Below, one piece after another: positions 47,881 through 50,972 of a stretch of 50,972 nucleotides of DNA. Source of the DNA: a virus; the IMG/VR virus record IMGVR_UViG_3300042975_000098; one strand, written 5' to 3'. The notes under the pieces are model-generated. The model worked only from the letters and a program-made list of their open reading frames with translations. It was not told the DNA's origin and did not search any database. The translations under genes were made by a program, and so were the position numbers. Every line of letters begins with the position of its first letter. Position 1 is the stretch's first letter.

Positions 47881-48516
47881 ATGAGCAGAGCAGATGACCT
47901 TAAGGAGCGCAGGGCGAGAGTCGCCGCGCTCAAGGACAAGGGCAGCACCTACAAGGAGATAGCCAAGGAGCTTGGCATCACCGTCGGCATCGTCGCCAGC
48001 GATCTCCGCGCCGTGAAGCGCGATGGCGCGGGAGCGAAGAGCGCTGGGGCGTCGAAGACCCATGCCCGCGCCAAAACTGCCGGAACGGCAGCCGGGCCCG
48101 CGGAAGCCAAGGCCGCGCATGAGAGCAAGTCCACGAGGACTAATGCCGCGAAATCCGAGGTGAAGAGCACCGAGACCGCCGATCTTCTCAAGCATGTCGA
48201 TAAGACCATCCGGTCGCTGGCACCCGCCGATGGCGATGCCAACTGGGGTGAGGTCAAGACCATCGTGAACCCGTCGCTGGCGAAGCTGGCCGCTCCCGCC
48301 AACGAAACGCCGGCCCCGCCGGCGAACGGCAACAAGCGTGCGGCGCGGGTGGTCAGCAGCGCCGATGACCCCAGGTTCCGCGAGCGCCAGTACTTCGAAT
48401 CGCTGAACGACAATGAGAAGTACGATTATCTCGTCAACCGTCGCAATGAGGACCGGTTCCTGCTCGTGAGCGTCGTCATCGTCGCCGTAGCGGCACTGAT
48501 TCTCATCTGCCTGTAG
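47881..48516 (+). CDS. N-terminal HTH plus C-terminal TM anchor protein
   Basis: RRARVAALKDKGSTYKEIAKELGITVGIVASDL; terminal hydrophobic helix. Confidence 0.75.
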   Translation: MSRADDLKERRARVAALKDKGSTYKEIAKELGITVGIVASDLRAVKRDGAGAKSAGASKTHARAKTAGTAAGPAEAKAAHESKSTRTNAAKSEVKSTETADLLKHVDKTIRSLAPADGDANWGEVKTIVNPSLAKLAAPANETPAPPANGNKRAARVVSSADDPRFRERQYFESLNDNEKYDYLVNRRNEDRFLLVSVVIVAVAALILICL

Positions 48517-48599
48517 TCACCTGGTCGCATACCGGCAGGCAACGGTCGACATGGCCCAGAGCGAACCTTCGCGCTGGGCCCGTTTCATTGGAGGCATTC

Positions 48600-49433
48600 A
48601 TGATCGACGAGCATGTGCGCGCCGAACCGGACGCGGAGGAGAGTCACCGGTCCAGCGGCTACTTCGATGTGTACGAGAACGTGGACGCGCCGCTGTGGTT
48701 CGATGACGACACCCTGCGGTTCCTGTTCAGCATCCGGTACAACAGCAACGCGTTCGCTCACAGCTACCTACAGGAAAGCTACCGCGAGCGGACGCACGCG
48801 GAGTTCTCCGACATCATCAAGGAACTGATCCGGACGAAGATCGAGACGCTGCGTTCGATACCGCCGGACCGACGCAGGGTGGACCTGAGGATGCTGACCC
48901 TCGACGTCGAATCGCTGAAGGACAACCAGATCATCACGTGCGCGCGGAGCCTGGGCATCGACGTTGCGTCGAAGGACGTGCTGGCGCTCGTCTACTCGGT
49001 GGTCACATCGCTCCAGGACCTGCTGTGCGAACTCATCGACCGGCACCCGCATCTCACGGCGGCGCAGGCGACGCTGGCGAAACGGTTCCTCGATGACCAG
49101 CTTTGGACCGAGGACATCCAGCTTGAGTGGCGGGCCGTGAGCGCGCCGACGATCGCCCGCATGTACGCATACGATCAGATACCGAGGACGATCGTGCTCA
49201 TCAACGCGATGACGTCGCGCATCGAGAAGGAGCTCACGACCGGCTGCCTGCAGGACCGCACCGTGGGGAACGCCGACCTGTCGTTCATACTCTCCGATGA
49301 CGTCATCGCGAACGCCATGGACCTCATGGCCGACAATGCGAACGACCCGGACGCCCCGCCCCTTGACATGGACATCGCCAACATCGTCAGCGAGGCCATC
49401 AACGGGCCGGATGACGACGACGACTGGCGTTGA
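48600..49433 (+). CDS. Hypothetical protein
   Basis: GGAGG SD; long GC3-biased ORF. Confidence 0.7.
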   Translation: MIDEHVRAEPDAEESHRSSGYFDVYENVDAPLWFDDDTLRFLFSIRYNSNAFAHSYLQESYRERTHAEFSDIIKELIRTKIETLRSIPPDRRRVDLRMLTLDVESLKDNQIITCARSLGIDVASKDVLALVYSVVTSLQDLLCELIDRHPHLTAAQATLAKRFLDDQLWTEDIQLEWRAVSAPTIARMYAYDQIPRTIVLINAMTSRIEKELTTGCLQDRTVGNADLSFILSDDVIANAMDLMADNANDPDAPPLDMDIANIVSEAINGPDDDDDWR

Positions 49434-49504
49434 CGCCAGTTGACATGTCGGCAGGCGGCGCGATATGATTGTCATTGATCGGCATTTTCAACAAGGGAGC
49501 GCAT

Positions 49505-50185
49505 ATGAGCACGAGGAACGGCGGGAACAAGGCCAAGATAGTGATCGGGGCGATCATCGCGGCGGCGTTGGCGCTCGCCATGCCGCTGCTGGGCGTGGCG
49601 CTCATCGTCTTCGGCGTGTCGTTCGCGGTGGTGTACGCGGCGCTGACCGTCGCCGACCGCAGGAAGCGACGCCGCGAGAAGACGGTCATCATGAGACTGT
49701 CGAAGCCGTTGGCGCGGTTCGCTGACGCCGGGGACGAGACCGCGCTCCAACTGGTTCGCGACCTGAACTCGCTGGAGGAACTGGTGGCGCGCAACGGCGG
49801 CGACGTGAAGTCGCTTGATCGGGAGTTCCATGATTCCATAGCCGGCGCGGTCGAACTGCTGGACGCGAAGGCCGGTCTCGCCGGCATGAACCAGCTGCCG
49901 CCCGACATCGTGGATGCCGACCTCGGCCGCATCGCCAACACGATGCGTTCGCTTGACGCCGCCATCCGCGACCGCATCCACACGGAGAGCGTCACGTGGA
50001 GCCGAAGCATCGCCGAGTCGGCGAGCAGGCTCGAAGCGACTCAGGGCGAACTCGTTGGCGTTCACGCCGTGCACGCCGATGACGACACGGTGGCGATGCC
50101 GCCGATGCCCGACCCGATCGACATGGCCGACACGACGGTGGCGGCACCGTACGCCGATGGCGATAAGACTAGGGAGGCTCTGTGA
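49505..50185 (+). CDS. Two-TM membrane protein with helical cytoplasmic domain
   Basis: AAGGGAG SD; hydrophobic hairpin followed by RRKRRR. Confidence 0.7.
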   Translation: MSTRNGGNKAKIVIGAIIAAALALAMPLLGVALIVFGVSFAVVYAALTVADRRKRRREKTVIMRLSKPLARFADAGDETALQLVRDLNSLEELVARNGGDVKSLDREFHDSIAGAVELLDAKAGLAGMNQLPPDIVDADLGRIANTMRSLDAAIRDRIHTESVTWSRSIAESASRLEATQGELVGVHAVHADDDTVAMPPMPDPIDMADTTVAAPYADGDKTREAL

Positions 50186-50634
50186 TGAGCATCGTATGGA
50201 AAAGGTCGCTGATATCGGCGGCGGTGGCTTTGGCGCTGACGGTCGCGGTCGTCGGCTGCTCGGGTCTGCGCGATGGCGCGGGCAACGCATCGTCCGCGCG
50301 CGAGCCGGCGTCATCATCGTTCACGCGAAAGCAGACGGACGCGCCCGCCGATCATTGGTCGGACATCACGGGCACGGTGGGCGAGAAATGGTCGAACGCC
50401 CAGAAGATCATGCAGGCGGCCGGCGTCGACACGTCGCAACTGGTGGTGCTCACCGAGGATGGCAGGACCGTCATCATGCCGTCCAACTGGACCGTGGAAT
50501 CCTTCTCGAAGAAGGATGGCTCGGTGTTCGTCCATCTTCGCCGCACGACCACGATCAACGACGCCGGCGATGCCGCCGGCTCCGAGGCATCGAAGGCTGC
50601 CGGCTCCGTGCGCGATTCGCTGACGCGCCGGTGA
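50185..50634 (+). CDS. Putative lipoprotein with PASTA-like domain
   Basis: Lipobox VVGC; VGEKWSNAQKIMQAAGV..DGRTVIMPSNWTV. Confidence 0.65.
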   Translation: MSIVWKRSLISAAVALALTVAVVGCSGLRDGAGNASSAREPASSSFTRKQTDAPADHWSDITGTVGEKWSNAQKIMQAAGVDTSQLVVLTEDGRTVIMPSNWTVESFSKKDGSVFVHLRRTTTINDAGDAAGSEASKAAGSVRDSLTRR

Positions 50635-50765
50635 CGCGCGTTCGGTGACGCAATCTTACTGAGACTTCGGTGCGCGCTCGCGCGATTGCGCCCCGGCCAC
50701 GGTATAATAAGAGTTAGCAGACAACACAAGAACTAGCATCAGGCTTTCAGCAGGGGAAGGAACCC

Positions 50766-50972
50766 ATGGTTCGCAGGAGTAGCAGTAAGAAGAAGATCGC
50801 GCATAGCGCCGAGCACGCCGATTTCGTGGAGGGAGCGAAGTCGATCGTCAAGTCCCCGTTCTCGGACTTCCTGCTCGACACGTACATCCGTTACGCCATC
50901 GCGGTGATCAAGGACCGGGCGCTGACGAACTCGAACGATGGCTTCAAGCCGGTTCACAAGCGAATCCTGTGG
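50766..50972 (+). CDS. gyrA: Type IIA topoisomerase subunit A (GyrA/ParC), 5' part, cut by the window end
   Basis: Not in the ORF track; translates ..YIRYAIAVIKDRALTNSNDGFKPVHKRILW; GGAAGG SD; GGTATAAT upstream. Confidence 0.85.
   Translation, partial: MVRRSSSKKKIAHSAEHADFVEGAKSIVKSPFSDFLLDTYIRYAIAVIKDRALTNSNDGFKPVHKRILW

Overview
High-GC actinobacterial DNA, most plausibly a large Bifidobacteriaceae-type conjugative megaplasmid or phage-like replicon (host inferred from a Bifidobacterium-style CrgA and codon style). It carries phage-type genes (rIIA/rIIB, RusA-like resolvase, dUTPase, NrdH, HAD nucleotidase, two DEDDh exonucleases, primase TOPRIM, its own sigma factor, HU, start of gyrA). 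It also carries conjugation and surface genes (CpaF/VirB11 ATPase, VirD4/TraD coupling protein, two type IV pilins, one fused to BspA/DUF285 repeats, a lytic transglycosylase, a sortase-like protein), TelA, an ABC transporter and four TnpB-type insertions (one intact IS1341-type, one truncated copy, two IS607). No capsid, terminase, cas, rRNA or tRNA genes are visible. Highlights: (1) a stand-alone gene encoding IntC - FtsK-type ATPase core - IntN, apparently the middle piece of a protein assembled by two class-3 split inteins; (2) a divergent non-coding array of nine ~35-bp conserved repeats at 134-181 bp period with a perfect 217-bp inverted duplication; (3) a recurrent GATATT-N8-start leaderless promoter motif, also upstream of the sigma gene, plus an RBS-occluding hairpin at the CpaF gene resembling T4 late-gene control; (4) a 1.7-kb lower-GC insert flanked by CCACC that splits a structured dispersed repeat whose intact copy lies at ~23.2 kb. 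Several single-base frameshifts may be assembly errors. All annotation is by eye from motifs; no database searches were run.
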